A stretch of DNA of 62,771 bases, the filler included, from Globobulimina sp. (Eukaryota), in NCBI GenBank assembly GCA_003354225.1. It is 43 parts of 43 records of this genome, joined end to end, with 100 filler letters (N's around TTAATTAATTAA, not from the genome) between each part and the next. Parts side by side here need not be neighbours in the genome. Positions count along the whole stretch, not along the records: positions 13,169 to 14,531 come from PIVH01017922.1; positions 14,632 to 15,994 come from PIVH01017923.1; positions 16,095 to 17,457 come from PIVH01017924.1; positions 17,558 to 18,920 come from PIVH01017925.1; positions 19,021 to 20,383 come from PIVH01017926.1; positions 20,484 to 21,846 come from PIVH01017927.1; positions 21,947 to 23,309 come from PIVH01017928.1; positions 23,410 to 24,771 come from PIVH01017929.1; 35 more parts are not named here. One strand, written 5' to 3'. Of the stretch, positions 13,069-26,419 are shown piece after piece. Each line of letters begins with the position of its first letter. Position 1 is the stretch's first letter. The notes under the pieces were generated by a model. The model made no database searches. It was given only the letters and a program-made list of their open reading frames with translations, and was not told the origin of the DNA. The position numbers and the translations under genes are program-made.

Positions 13069-13326
13069 NNNNNNNNNNNNNNNNNNNNNNNNNNNNNNNN
13101 NNNNNNNNNNNNTTAATTAATTAANNNNNNNNNNNNNNNNNNNNNNNNNNNNNNNNNNNNNNNNNNNNTGTCACTACTAAATTTCTCAGCACCTTAAGTC
13201 TGAGGCAAAAGTTATTGCAGCCTTGATTTAGATACGAAATACTCTTAAAATTGTATATGCTGCTTTACTTGCAGATAATACAGAAAAAAGTTTTTACTGC
13301 TAAAAAAGAAAAAAATACATTTCAAA

Positions 13327-14531
13327 ATGGCAGATACGGAATGTAAAGAAGTTGAAAATAATGGAAGCAATGCGAATAAAGATAATTCCTTACAAGCGAA
13401 TAAAACACCTGGTAAGAAATTATCCGCATTATCAGCAAATGCTCCCGTTTTTGATGTGTCTCGTTCGCCAACACTCGATCCATACCAAGGCCCAAATGGT
13501 ATACGCACCCAACCTTGCTATGTCCCACCGGCCACCATCCCGCCGCCTGCTGCTCAAATACCACCACAGCCACAACCACAACAACAACAACAACCCCCTC
13601 CGCGCCAACAAAACCAATCACCGCAACAAGCACCAAGCCAGCAACCACCACCAACACATCATCACCATCACCAAACCCCACAACAACGACAAAAACAACA
13701 AAGACACAGACCGCCAACACAACAATATCCAGGTCAAGGTACTGTACCACACACTTTCATATATGATATATCCCACAAATCACACTCTGCCACATGCGAA
13801 TTTGCGTCGTGATACATACAAATTGAAACATTATATAGTTTATGACCCACAGCATCCCCACGGCCATACACAGCGATCCCCCGAACAAGATCGCCTCTAC
13901 CAACAATATCAAAATCGTCGGCATCCTCAACAAGCCCACCCCCGCTCGCAATATCCGCCAATGCCCCACCCCAAATATCAGAATTACCCTCAAAACTATT
14001 ACCGACCGCCACCTCTCCCACAGCCCAAAAAGGAGGAAAACACCGCACCACTCAGTCCCAATAAAAAGCACAACGCCAACACCAACGCCAACGCCAACAC
14101 CTCGCCAAACACCACAACCAATACCAACAACAGCACCAACGCCGCAGCGCCGGCCACCACCAACAACGGCACCGCCAACAAGGTGCAATTTAAGACCTTC
14201 ACCCACCAAAAAAACGCGCGCGCCGTCGGCAGCACCATCGCCTACAAACACCCTTCGCGTTCTCATTACGGGCAGCCGGACGCTTCTTTGCGTGATCCCA
14301 AGTTCACGAACCCTTCGGGTCTGACCCATATCCAACGATGGGAGCTCTTGGAGTCGGCCAAGCGATGGTTGCCCGGCGAGGGCACCTTCATTACTTGGAA
14401 GAAGTTCCGCTATTTGATAGGGCCGCCCATCCATATGGGCATGAACGGGCACATCCATTATTGCTACAAATACCCGCTGCCATCGACGCCGACGGACAGC
14501 ACGGCAGTCTCTAGCAACAACCTCAAGACCA
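13327..14531 (+). CDS. Pro/Gln-rich protein with PAM2-like motif and probable start of a protein kinase domain, partial
   Basis: LSANAPVF (PAM2-like). An intron at 13739..13838 joins the frames. YLIGPPIHMGMNGHIHYC resembles a divergent Gly-rich kinase loop. Confidence 0.55.
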
Positions 14532-14631
14532 NNNNNNNNNNNNNNNNNNNNNNNNNNNNNNNNNNNNNNNNNNNNTTAATTAATTAANNNNNNNNNNNNN
14601 NNNNNNNNNNNNNNNNNNNNNNNNNNNNNNN

Positions 14632-15994
14632 TGCGCTAAATAGTTTTCTTGATAAATATCGCCTTTATCAAAGAACTGCTTACATTTAGCAATAGCTTTA
14701 TGTTCCTCTTCTTCTGCCAAATGCGTTAATATTAAAAAGACCCATGAGATTATATCACGTCTCTCATCATAGCCTAACTTTGCTATGGCATACACCTGTT
14801 TTATTTTTGTTAAATCGAAGATCAACGTACTCAACAAAACAATGACGTAAGTCGGCGCACTAAAAATTGTTAAACAACTAATTATTAATTCAAACTTCAC
14901 CAAACAATCATCATCGTTTTCTACTAAATCGGATAAACCAGCGGTTATGGAATTTATTCCAACAAACAATGCCAACGCAACATACAAACTTAATATACCA
15001 ACCATAACATTGTAACTATACGGTCGAACATCTATATATATTCAACAAATGTATCGGAATATCACTACATAACATTTGAGAAACAAAGCGTACCCAACAA
15101 TTTCTTCGATTCTCTGGTTCTTCGATTGAACTCTGTCCAGTCGAATTTCGATAATGTAGTATACAGCTCGCTATTTAGCAATAATTCCAATGTTCCCGAT
15201 GGCTCAGCAATTACATTCAGCAATGGACCAATACTTAAATATAACGATAACGCCAGCCATCCAGTTGACAGCTCAACGTTAGTACCAATGACAGATTTTG
15301 CTATTTCTACCTGATGCATAATAAAAGATTGCGATATAATATTTAATTTTATGTCGCTGACGACCTGATTGAGTGAGGCACCGACACCGATATATCCATC
15401 CAACGTAACCAGTACACTGAGACCAATTGTAATAAATGCAATGGACGATGCTGCAAATGCGAGCAGCACATTATGGAATCTTTTCGCAACATATGTTTGT
15501 TGAGCGGATAAAAAATCCCAGCCCCGAAGTATAAAAAATGAATGGATTAAAAACAATAACCAATATTGAGCAACAAAATAGGTCGTCAATATTACAGAGG
15601 GTGTCAATAACAGTGTTATTATGATAGTGATGGGATCCGCAGAATAAATAATAAATACAACGATCATTGTAATCAATTGAAATACTAAAATTAACAGAAA
15701 TAACTTATTTTTAAAGTTAATGAAATCTTTCATTGATGGTAATAGCTCGGCTTTGTTGGTTAAAAACATCATCGGTGAGGCAAATAAAATAAGAGCTGAT
15801 ATGAAGATCCATATTGTTAATGTCGTTAAATATAAATTCTTGACTTTGGATGATTTATCAACACTTGGATCGATTGTGGAGCCAATGTAAATCAACACTG
15901 CAAAGGCAAACCAAGATAGACTGAGAGGTATTGCCAATATAGTTTTGCCATATTTATCTGCCATGTCGCCTAATTCCACTGTTTTATATAAACC
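14632..15994 (-). CDS. Multi-pass membrane protein of unknown family, partial, probably spliced
   Basis: Two long hydrophobic ORFs (15065..15979 and 14632..15005) separated by a short probable intron. Confidence 0.65.
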
Positions 15995-16094
15995 NNNNNN
16001 NNNNNNNNNNNNNNNNNNNNNNNNNNNNNNNNNNNNNNTTAATTAATTAANNNNNNNNNNNNNNNNNNNNNNNNNNNNNNNNNNNNNNNNNNNN

Positions 16095-16463
16095 AAAATG
16101 TGTGCGACGAATAAGATTTATCTGTGAAACCTATGTGGAATGGGTCAAAGCAAAGGTTGCGGGAACGGGAAAGAGCGAAGAAAGTGGGATGAATATATAT
16201 GATTTAATAACAGTTGGATTTGATATTAATTATGGAATGAATGGTTTTTTAGCCGATTATCGATTCGTTGTACATACAAAACGGGATTGTTTGGGTTGTG
16301 ATAATTTAATGTTTGGGAATGAAGAAAAAGAAAAAGAAAAAGAAATGAATTTGGAATTGGAATGTGATATAAATAATTGTTTTATTGTTGGACGATCGAA
16401 TCGAAACAAAGGACGAATGACAATTAATAATAACGAGCGGGAAACACTATTTTTTGTGTCGCA

Positions 16464-16495
<32 letters not shown>

Positions 16496-17457
16496 ATAAA
16501 AATATTTGTATGCAACAGATATTGGACACATTACATTGTTGGATCTATCACACTCCGAAAATCAATATAAATATAAATGAATTGCAAGATATTGGCAATG
16601 AAAACAATGAGAATGAGAGTGCAGAGATAGATGTATTGATTGTCGATGATATTGTTTCCAAAATAGGCGAAATTATCAGAAAAACAAAAGAATCATCGAA
16701 ACGGTTTAGAAACGCAAGAAATGCACGATATGAATCTGAAAAAATCAATAAATTTGTTACGGCGCAAAATTATAAGCAATCAATGACCGGAAAAGAAGCA
16801 GAAAACGAAGAAATGGAACAAGAAAAGGATAATATTGCTGTATATCAAAGCGTTGTTTATGGCAATGACCAATTATTATTATCAAAAGCAAGAAAGAAAA
16901 AGAAAAAAGTTGTAATTAGCCAAGTAAACAAAAGTTGGATGGATGAGTTTTATAAAGAAATGGAAAGAGGACAAATAAAAAGAAAATTAATGTGGGAAAT
17001 GTATGCATTTATTAATCAACAACAGTTTGAATCTGACAGTATTTATTATGATATTTCAAACCAAAAACAATCGAATTTATTATATCAATTTAGCAAAAAA
17101 ACAGAAGAAAACAAATTAAATCGGATATTAGCTATCATTTTAACCGAATGCGATATGGATAATAATTTATATGACGCCGGCTTTAGGTTCTTTTATTGGG
17201 CGCATTACGAAAATAATAATAATGAATGGAATGTGTTATATAATGAACAAAGGAGTGGCAGTCCAGTGGTTGAAGGCAATGCCGGCTATTCTTTGCGTGA
17301 TTGGTCTATCCATAAAAAATATGCAGATTTTAAGCAAGAATTATTAACAAATAAAAGTAGCCCGTTTTCATTATCTCAGTATCAAAATATATTATTAACA
17401 GCAACAGAAAAACGAGCGAATTGGATCAAGGATCCAAATGTCCGCAAATTAGAATGT
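16095..17457 (+). CDS. Large hypothetical protein, partial at both ends
   Basis: Open across the whole contig. Motifs LDTLHCWIYH, GFRFFYW and KYADFKQELL. Confidence 0.75.
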
Positions 17458-17557
17458 NNNNNNNNNNNNNNNNNNNNNNNNNNNNNNNNNNNNNNNNNNN
17501 NTTAATTAATTAANNNNNNNNNNNNNNNNNNNNNNNNNNNNNNNNNNNNNNNNNNNN

Positions 17558-18664
17558 GAGCAATCTGGTTTTTAATCCATAATGTTGTAGCTCTTTTTCA
17601 ATCGTATCATTTAATTGCATGTAAATTGCAGATCTTAATTGGAAAGATTCTTCCTCAATTTCCCGAATTTTATGTGCCAAACTGTTGCATTTCAATAACA
17701 TCATTTGCATTGTTGCTTTTTTGCCATTATTTAGCCATTGCTCTAAAATATCGATGCATTTATCATACTCCCTCGCTGTGTAATATCCCCTCATTATGTC
17801 TGCAATGTTTATCTCTGTTAATTCCAATCCATTGTTTTCCATTAAGTTGACAGCATCTTTCATTCCAACAATATCCCCATCTCTACAAAACACATTTAAA
17901 TAAGCACCAAATGTGGTGGCATTGCAGGGCAATAAATTATTCTTCATTTTATCCAAATATTCATTGAATATTATAACGGCTTTCTCTTTTTTATGTGCCA
18001 CTGAATACACACTTATTATTTCAGAGTATGTATATTTATCCGGTTGTATACCGTATTCATTTATCATTATATCCCAATATTTCTCTACAAACTCAACGTT
18101 TCCTTGTTTTCTAAACGATTTTAATAAGGTCGCAAATACGATGACATTGGGGGTTATCTTGTATTTGTTTACCATTATTTCAAAGTATCCAATACTTATT
18201 TGTGGAGAGTCTGAGTGGGCCATGCTGTTAAAAAATATGTTGAATTCAATAACAGAGGGTGTATTTTCAGATTTTACTAATGTTTCCATTATTTTATGCA
18301 CCGATCGCCAATCACGAGGTAAGACTTTGTTGCATTTTTGCATTGCTTTACCAAAAATAGATGCATGTTGTATGGTATTTACATTTTGCTCTATAGTGGA
18401 TACGAGTTTTTTTGTCTTCGTGCTTTTAGTGATTAACTGTTGAATATCTTGGTTAAGATTTGTTGATACATTGACTGGATTCCGTACGCGTTTTGTGCCT
18501 TCTAATTTCTTTTTCGTTTTTTCATTGTCTATCCATGATTGTTTGTACGTGTTTGACAATGAATGTTTACTTGATTTGGATGTAAAAAATAGATTTTGAT
18601 GCACATTTATTCGAATTAAACATCTTTTGGGAAGTGCAACACGTGGAAATTGTAACCGTAACAT
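17558..18664 (-). CDS. Pentatricopeptide repeat protein with mitochondrial-type presequence, partial
   Basis: About 35-aa repeats: PSVIEFNIFF, PNVIVFATLL, PDKYTYSEII, CNATTFGAYL. Basic, Ser-rich N-terminus. Confidence 0.9.
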
Positions 18665-20483
18665 AATGTTTTTTATTTAAAAAATCAAGCAGCTAATGAA
18701 GTTGCCTGACATCTGGCCAGTGTTTAATTTAATTAATTTAATACTATTGGACGACGTCGACAGAAAAGTTAAATCAGCGAATGATACAGATTCCTATGTT
18801 TGGTATACAGAATTAATAGTCCGTCACCTGCGATTATCCACATATTTAATTGTTAGCGGATTGGTTTATCATTTCACTTTTCCGACACATTCAGAATTAT
18901 TAGCGGAAGATGCTACATTANNNNNNNNNNNNNNNNNNNNNNNNNNNNNNNNNNNNNNNNNNNNTTAATTAATTAANNNNNNNNNNNNNNNNNNNNNNNN
19001 NNNNNNNNNNNNNNNNNNNNCATAACTCGACCATTAATAATCGGTCGGACCTGAAATTAAAAACTCGAAATTTCGATTTGGCATATATTGCTATTACCAT
19101 TTCTGAACATGAAGAGTATAGTGCCTAAGTGTACGAGCTATGTAACACTGTTGCCCCGTAACGCTTACGAATTACAATCGATTTAAAATCTTATACATCG
19201 ACCGTGAAATTGCATGCATTGGTCGTAAATTTCCCACTCATATATGCATTGACCGTAAATTACCGTTGGCACACACCCTTGACACCGTCTCAGTCGTCAC
19301 AGTGTCAAGGCGGTGTAATACAAATTAATGTTGCGACTGTAAATTTATTGACCAGACAGGTCTAAGACCGGCCGGTATACACACATAAAACGTTAAATTT
19401 AACAATGAGCCGTTTAGTTTTAACAACGACTGTAGTCATTTTTACATTTTACCTTGTTAGGTGTGTTTGTTCGGAATGTCACGGCGCTCTAATTATTTTT
19501 ATATATGTTTTCAATCAAAATTATGCGTCATGGATAGTTTTTTATTCCCAAAAAATGGTATAGCATAAAACCATATTAACCGTAATGACTATCAGGGCAT
19601 CCCTGATCGTGTACAGATTACATACAAAGTATATGTCTAAACAGATATTTAACTAAGGTTTAATAAAATGTTTAATTTTATTGTTAGGACCCAATACTCA
19701 AAGTACGGTGGGTAAAAATACTTACTTCCACGCTTCTATACACATTTAATATAGTCGGGTCAAAAATATAATAATGGGGTACATTTTGGGTCTTAGAATG
19801 GTTAAATAAGTTTGAAAGTGCTTAATTATCTAATAGTAGAAACCTGGTGAGCATAGAAGCATATTGTACAATTACAGTGAAATTATTCTTATTTCTTCTA
19901 TATCATTATAATAATAACAAACACACAATATCTGACACAACTTTGGACAAATAAAATCGATAGAAACAGTCAAAATCAGAAAAAAGCTCAATGAATGTAA
20001 CAGTTGAAATTTTGAATGTTTAGGAGCAAATAATAACTCAAAGCATATTTCAACAAACAGCGTGAACTGTATACCTGTCTATTGCCGTCACATGAATAAA
20101 AATCGTATGCATAATACTATAATGAAATGATAACAAAATAGCCCCATCTATAGTAGTCCATCTAAACAACTCTGATCAATCATACATGCCTACGGCTTGT
20201 TTATGACGATAGCGTGTAGTGGCATACAACAGAATTAGAGAGTAAACCTCAACCGTATAATCCATAAAGACCTGTATCACAAACCGGGTGTTTACCGATC
20301 GCTAGAGGGGTAGTTAGAATACTGGATAAAATGGTAAAAATTAAAAAATGTTGATATCTTTCCATACGACTTCCTCATCAAATNNNNNNNNNNNNNNNNN
20401 NNNNNNNNNNNNNNNNNNNNNNNNNNNTTAATTAATTAANNNNNNNNNNNNNNNNNNNNNNNNNNNNNNNNNNNNNNNNNNNN

Positions 20484-20719
20484 AATATGATTGCCAGTAC
20501 AAATATAATTATTGTAATAAATGATACAAAAGATATTAATTTATGTAACGGAAGTTGTTTGAATTTAGAATTTGGTTTTGAGATTACTAGTATTTCATGT
20601 TTGCAATATTTGTACACGTGCAATGACAACAATCCAATGCAAAAAATACTGCAAACACATGCATTAATGATGGTAGAGACCCAGTAAGTTGTCCGTGTTT
20701 CAAGTGTTTGGACTGCCAT
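20484..20719 (-). CDS. Orphan 7TM-like receptor N-terminus, partial
   Basis: Two hydrophobic helices, layout similar to 54204..55349. Confidence 0.55.
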
Positions 20720-21046
20720 GATCTAAACTATAAAAGTTTTCTTCTGAACTTTGTGCAACTTTCCGAGCGTCATTAATATGTCAGCAGAAGAAGAAGATAA
20801 TAAGGATGTTGAATCCTTGATCGACAAAATTGATAAATGATTCAATATTAATTATTTCAAATGATTCGAATTCAGAGATTTATAATGTCAGATATTACGA
20901 CGCTTTATTTGATATCAGTACATACCAAACCAGTGGGAATATCAAATATAATTTTTACAGCTGCAGCAATTATGATTAATGATTATGATTTATAAAAATA
21001 TGAATAGAATCTATTTTGGGAAACTATCAGTTTTATAACCTTTAAA

Positions 21047-21846
21047 ATGTCGCATATTTTAGGATTGGATGCTTTTTGCGGATTTAAAATTGAATTTAGT
21101 GAGTTAGACGAACGAGAAAAACGCTATTTGTCATGTTGTGATCGATTCAGAAAGGGCTGCTGTAATAATTATTGTAAAGCGGAAAAATATGGAAGAAAAT
21201 TATTAGCAATAAAGCCCAATTGTGCAAAATATCATTTTTTAATGTGTCAGATTTATACTTTGAGCGTGGTCTGCTACAAATTCCCTGACAAAAACATGGT
21301 TTCTACGTATACAGAAAAATATAAATATCATATACATAAAGCTTTGGAGCTTGAACCAAATCATCCACTTTTTTTAACACATTGGGCTCAATTATTTATT
21401 GATGCTCATTCAGCAATTCTTCATTTTAATAAAATAAATTCATTACTAAAAGATACTAAATATCTCACAAAATATACATCAGAATTTAACACTGACGAAT
21501 TTGAGCTGCAATTCCAATTGTTATATATCATGAGTTTGCACAAAATTGACGATTACGACGGTTTGAGCAATAAATTAACGGAGTTATATCCCAGATATGT
21601 TTCTATTATGAGGAACATTCAAAGTATCAACAATTCGCAATTAGGAATATATTATGCTATATGGTTCGGACAAGAAGGAAAATATGGAAAAGCCTTTGAA
21701 GCGTTGAGAATGCAATATAGTAAACATGATTATTCTGCATCTGCGTTATCTCGACGTACCATTTATAATCATATTACAACCTATTTAGCAGTAAATAAAT
21801 ACACTGAAACATATGAATATATTTCACATATTTTAAACAATTACAA
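21047..21846 (+). CDS. TPR-like helical repeat protein, partial
   Basis: LLAIKPNCAKYH, KALELEPNHP, GKYGKAFEAL. Confidence 0.6.
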
Positions 21847-22329
21847 NNNNNNNNNNNNNNNNNNNNNNNNNNNNNNNNNNNNNNNNNNNNTTAATTAATT
21901 AANNNNNNNNNNNNNNNNNNNNNNNNNNNNNNNNNNNNNNNNNNNNACATTCCTATTGCTTAATTACTTTTCCTTTGTGGTTGATAAGTAGTTGAAGATT
22001 AATGCGGTATATAATCAATTATGATCATAATAATTCATAATCGACAGTCTGCTCGGCGCAGCTGCAAATAATACTTTATATATACATTTGCAACTTGTAA
22101 ACCATGAGTAACTTGATAAAATACTGAAGTAACTAAACAAACAAACCATCTGCTGGTCTTTTTGCTGATTCTTTTAATTGCCGCCCTCAATGTGAGCCCT
22201 CACAAACAGAATTATTTTATGAAGACGCTGCAAATTTTACTGATTGGATATTCGACACTGATGGTGCTGCTCAGACAGGGTCTCAACCATTAATGAATCA
22301 TAACGCTTGCTATCGATGATTGCTATCTT

Positions 22330-22842
22330 ATGTCTTATATCGACGTCGATTCAGTGATAAAAACACCGAATTTCGTATCCAAATTAGGATTAATATCCAC
22401 TGTGGGCTATAGCGATATTACTATTAATTATGCATTAAATAACTTGGCGATAGGCCAGAGTAGGTCGAGTTATTTGTTTTTTAATGCTAATGTTAGTGCA
22501 GAGTGTGGAACTAGTTATACGGTGAATGGAGAAGTTTTTTCAACACTTGATTTACGTGACGCGGAAACTGGCCTATCCTTTGACCAATTTTACAATTTAC
22601 CTCCTGTGATAATTACAGCGTCATTTGGTGCAGATGCGAGTGACACCACAGCACTTCAAATTAGATGGCAACAAACATCATTGTTGGCAGAAAATTATAC
22701 AGATGCGTATCTTTATCATTTCTGTCATATCGATGAAATTAGAGTATGTGGCACTGTCATAAGTGTTATTGGTGGTGTTTCTCTCACTCAACAAACATAT
22801 ATCAATTTATTGTTGATGTTTGGATTAATTTTGCATTTGTAA
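22330..22842 (+). CDS. Hypothetical surface protein with GPI-like hydrophobic C-terminus; 5' part possibly frameshifted
   Basis: 170-aa ORF ending INLLLMFGLILHL. A signal-like segment upstream near 22150 is in another frame. Confidence 0.5.
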   Translation: MSYIDVDSVIKTPNFVSKLGLISTVGYSDITINYALNNLAIGQSRSSYLFFNANVSAECGTSYTVNGEVFSTLDLRDAETGLSFDQFYNLPPVIITASFGADASDTTALQIRWQQTSLLAENYTDAYLYHFCHIDEIRVCGTVISVIGGVSLTQQTYINLLLMFGLILHL

Positions 22843-22982
22843 TTGTGACAAACTGTTTATATATTTATCAACATAAACCACCGCCATCAGCCACAAATAT
22901 TGTATGAAATGTAGTTAACAATTAATTATTTCTCTATTTTTTTATTTTGCTATTATTTATTATTTCTCTATTTTTCTATATT

Positions 22983-23128
22983 GGCTCAACGCCGGTTAGG
23001 TGACAGTACATTACACCTATAATTATACAATTATACTTGTAATTGTAAGTATAATGTGTATAATACAGAGTGTAATTATAGTGAATATAATATATATAAT
23101 TGTACTGTCACCAAACCGCCGTTGAGCC
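22983..23128. mobile_element. MITE-like element with 28-bp terminal inverted repeats
   Basis: GGCTCAACGCCGGTTAGGTGACAGTACA versus the reverse complement of 23101-23128, GGCTCAACGGCGGTTTGGTGACAGTACA (26/28). AT-rich interior, TATA on both flanks. Confidence 0.8.
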
Positions 23129-23777
23129 TCTATATTTATTATGTTTTTTCTTGTGTCTTTTTTTTTAATTTGACGTACGTTTGCATCTTATTTAGCTAAC
23201 ACAAAAACTTTGCTAATTTTTTTTTTTCGATGAACCAAGCCTATATTGGCCCGAAACTGCAAGGTCTTAATTTAATTAAACACATTCAAAGATTCACGTT
23301 ACTACAATCNNNNNNNNNNNNNNNNNNNNNNNNNNNNNNNNNNNNNNNNNNNNTTAATTAATTAANNNNNNNNNNNNNNNNNNNNNNNNNNNNNNNNNNN
23401 NNNNNNNNNGATGGTTCAATGATTATTAATGATGATCAGCAGAGTGTGTTATATCGGGTATGGTATGATGCCTCATATGATACACCTGGAGCGCAGCAAA
23501 AATATAAAATTGAAAAAGAAAGATTAAGACAAGCTTATCATGATGCATATGACAGATTTAATTAATAATGTTTGCTATTTATAAATAATGTTAGAATACT
23601 TTTCCCCCTCTAGCCATTGGTTTGGAGGGATTGTTTTTTAGAATTATCCTCGCACAGAGTACGGGAAAGTATATTCGTATGCAAGTGCTTTTCAATAAAT
23701 TAATTATACTCGAAAGGTTTTCACTTCCAAAACAACATTTCTTCATCAACCACTGACAATATAATTTAGACAACGAA

Positions 23778-24771
23778 ATGGAGGATGTAGCACCTCATAT
23801 TATAATTGACAATGGCTCTGGATTTACGAAAGCCGGCTTGTCTATAGATAATGTTCCCAGCGTCGTAATGCCGACAGTCACTGGTCACGGGGTATGTTTA
23901 CCTACATTTATGTACAGTATATACCCAAAGCAAACTGTCTATTCGTTAAATATAGGGACAAAAATGGCTATATATTGGCGATGAAGCACTTGAAACGCAT
24001 TTTTTAACACTCAGATATCCCATGGAGTATGGCATTGTCACCAATTGGGATGATCTGGTATGTAATATTTCTGCTATACATCCTCGTATATATTCATATA
24101 TTATAATCAACAGCAATACGTATGGGATCACATATTTTATAAGGAGTTAGGAGTGGCTCCAGAAGAGCATAATGTATTAACAACTGACGCCCCATCGACG
24201 CCTAAAGCGCACAGAGAGCGAATGACACAAATAATGTTTGAGAGCTTCAATGTACCAAACTATTATGTTGCTATGCAATCTGTGTTATCTCTATACGCAT
24301 CTGGTAAGACTACGGGCATTGTATTAGATTCTGGCAAAACTGCAACTTACACAGTACCCATTTATGAAGGATATGCGTTTCCGCATGGTATAGGCAGACA
24401 AGATTATGGAGGTCAAAATGTGACACAATATTTAAATACTTTGTTAATCAAAAAAGGTTATTCATTTCAAACGAGAGCAGAAAAAGAGATCGTTAATAAT
24501 ATGAAGGAGGAATTATGTTACATTGCAATGGATTATGAGAATGAATTAAGTGAATGTAAAAATAAACTCAATTCTAAATGTATTGAAAGGGAATTTGAGT
24601 TACCCGATGGACAAATTATAACTATCGATGAGGAGAGATTTATATGTATGGAAACATTATTCGATCCAGTCAACGCACTGCAAATTGCAGAAACGAAAGG
24701 CATTCATGGAATGATATATGATTCTATCATGAAATGTGATGTTGATTTAATTGAGGATTTGTTCAAAAATA
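23778..24771 (+). CDS. Divergent actin / actin-related protein, 3' truncated, two introns
   Basis: [71 protein letters not shown]. Introns at 23892..23955 and 24058..24113. Confidence 0.95.
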
Positions 24772-24871
24772 NNNNNNNNNNNNNNNNNNNNNNNNNNNNN
24801 NNNNNNNNNNNNNNNTTAATTAATTAANNNNNNNNNNNNNNNNNNNNNNNNNNNNNNNNNNNNNNNNNNNN

Positions 24872-25569
24872 ATATGTTGTGCATTTCCTTTATTTACTGT
24901 ACCATTTGTAAACAAATACTGATGTAATATATGTTGATAATCGGTATAAATATGCTCATTTGTTTCAAAATATTGCAATAATAAATCATTATCGATATCA
25001 ATTTGCTCACCTAATGATTCATAAAAATGCAATGCCATAATAACTCTCTTTAAAGCTTTACATTTTTTGAGTGATTTGCATTCAATATACTCCTTTTTCT
25101 GTTCAATATTTGTATACTTGTTATAATTCAAAAGGATTTGATATTTTTTCCATTGCGATTGCACCCATTCTAATCTATTTAAAATGACTTTGTGTTTAAT
25201 TGGTTTTGTTTGTATATTTGTATGAATTTTATTTTGCAACACATTCCATATCCAATTGCAATCAAAATCAGATTTGGATTCTTGTTGAGACACAATGTGT
25301 ATCATCTGATCAAAGTCTCGCTTTGTGAAATTACTAAGGAAAAATTTACCCGTTAATCGTTGTTGATAGATAAATTCAGATAATTTATTGGCAACAATAA
25401 GGTCATTTAAAGAGCATGAATCATTTGTGTTATGTTTCGAATCTGATAGTTCTTTATGGTGTGGCAATTGTAATATATAACGGGATAATTTGTGTGGAGA
25501 ATCCAGCTCATTCAGAGCCGTTTGTAAAAAGAAGCTACCGATATCAGACATTATACTCTGTGTAACCAA
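24872..25569 (-). CDS. Hypothetical protein, partial
   Basis: Long ORF open to the contig end. Confidence 0.6.
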
Positions 25570-25605
25570 GTGTTTTTGTACTTTGCACTTTTAATATAAA
25601 TCAAG

Positions 25606-26233
25606 ATGGACAACATCAAAGTCACTGATATTGCGTCGCTAAAAAAAAGCACAAAATGGACAGAAATATTGCTCACTGTAATTGAAGAACAATCCATTAG
25701 TTTGGATTTTGGTACATTAACGCAAAAAGAAGTTGATACAATGCCATGGGAATTATTATTGAAATGTACCTCTGTCATTAATTTGATAATTGATTCATTT
25801 CCAGCACCAAATATATCAACAAAAGAACCTTGTCAAATATTTGAGCGTTTATTTCCTTGTCAAATATTTGCAATGACGAACCTTCAGGTTTTATCAATGA
25901 ATTATTATCCATTTGCATATATATCGCCCAAAATAGGGCAATTAATTAATTTAAGCCGACTACGCATGTTAGGATCAAAAATCATCTGTTTGCCGACTGA
26001 AATTGGTAAATTAAAAAAATTACAATGCATTGAACATTATTGTTCATATTCAATATGTTTCTCGCCGTACGAAATAATGAATTGTGCAGTGACTAAAACA
26101 TATATCAGCAGACGAACAAATTATATCTATAATAATGAATTATTGCCTCCATTGCCAAAACCAACTCCGTTGAAGGATGTCATTGCTGATTTAAAGGCAG
26201 CCTTTGTTGAATATGGATTGATTGCAGGTTTCG
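25606..26233 (+). CDS. Leucine-rich repeat protein, partial
   Basis: MTNLQVLSM, ISPKIGQLINLSRLRM, LPTEIGKLKKLQCI. Confidence 0.8.
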
Positions 26234-26419
26234 NNNNNNNNNNNNNNNNNNNNNNNNNNNNNNNNNNNNNNNNNNNNTTAATTAATTAANNNNNNNNNNN
26301 NNNNNNNNNNNNNNNNNNNNNNNNNNNNNNNNNAACAAAAATAATAAAATGTGATGATTGGGATTGGAACCCAAATCTTCTTTAAATATATGCTTTCCTT
26401 AAGCTATCATCACAATAAA

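Noticed and set aside
13432-14458. Multiple long antisense and alternate-frame ORFs
   Set aside because: By-products of the C/A-rich low-complexity coding strand.
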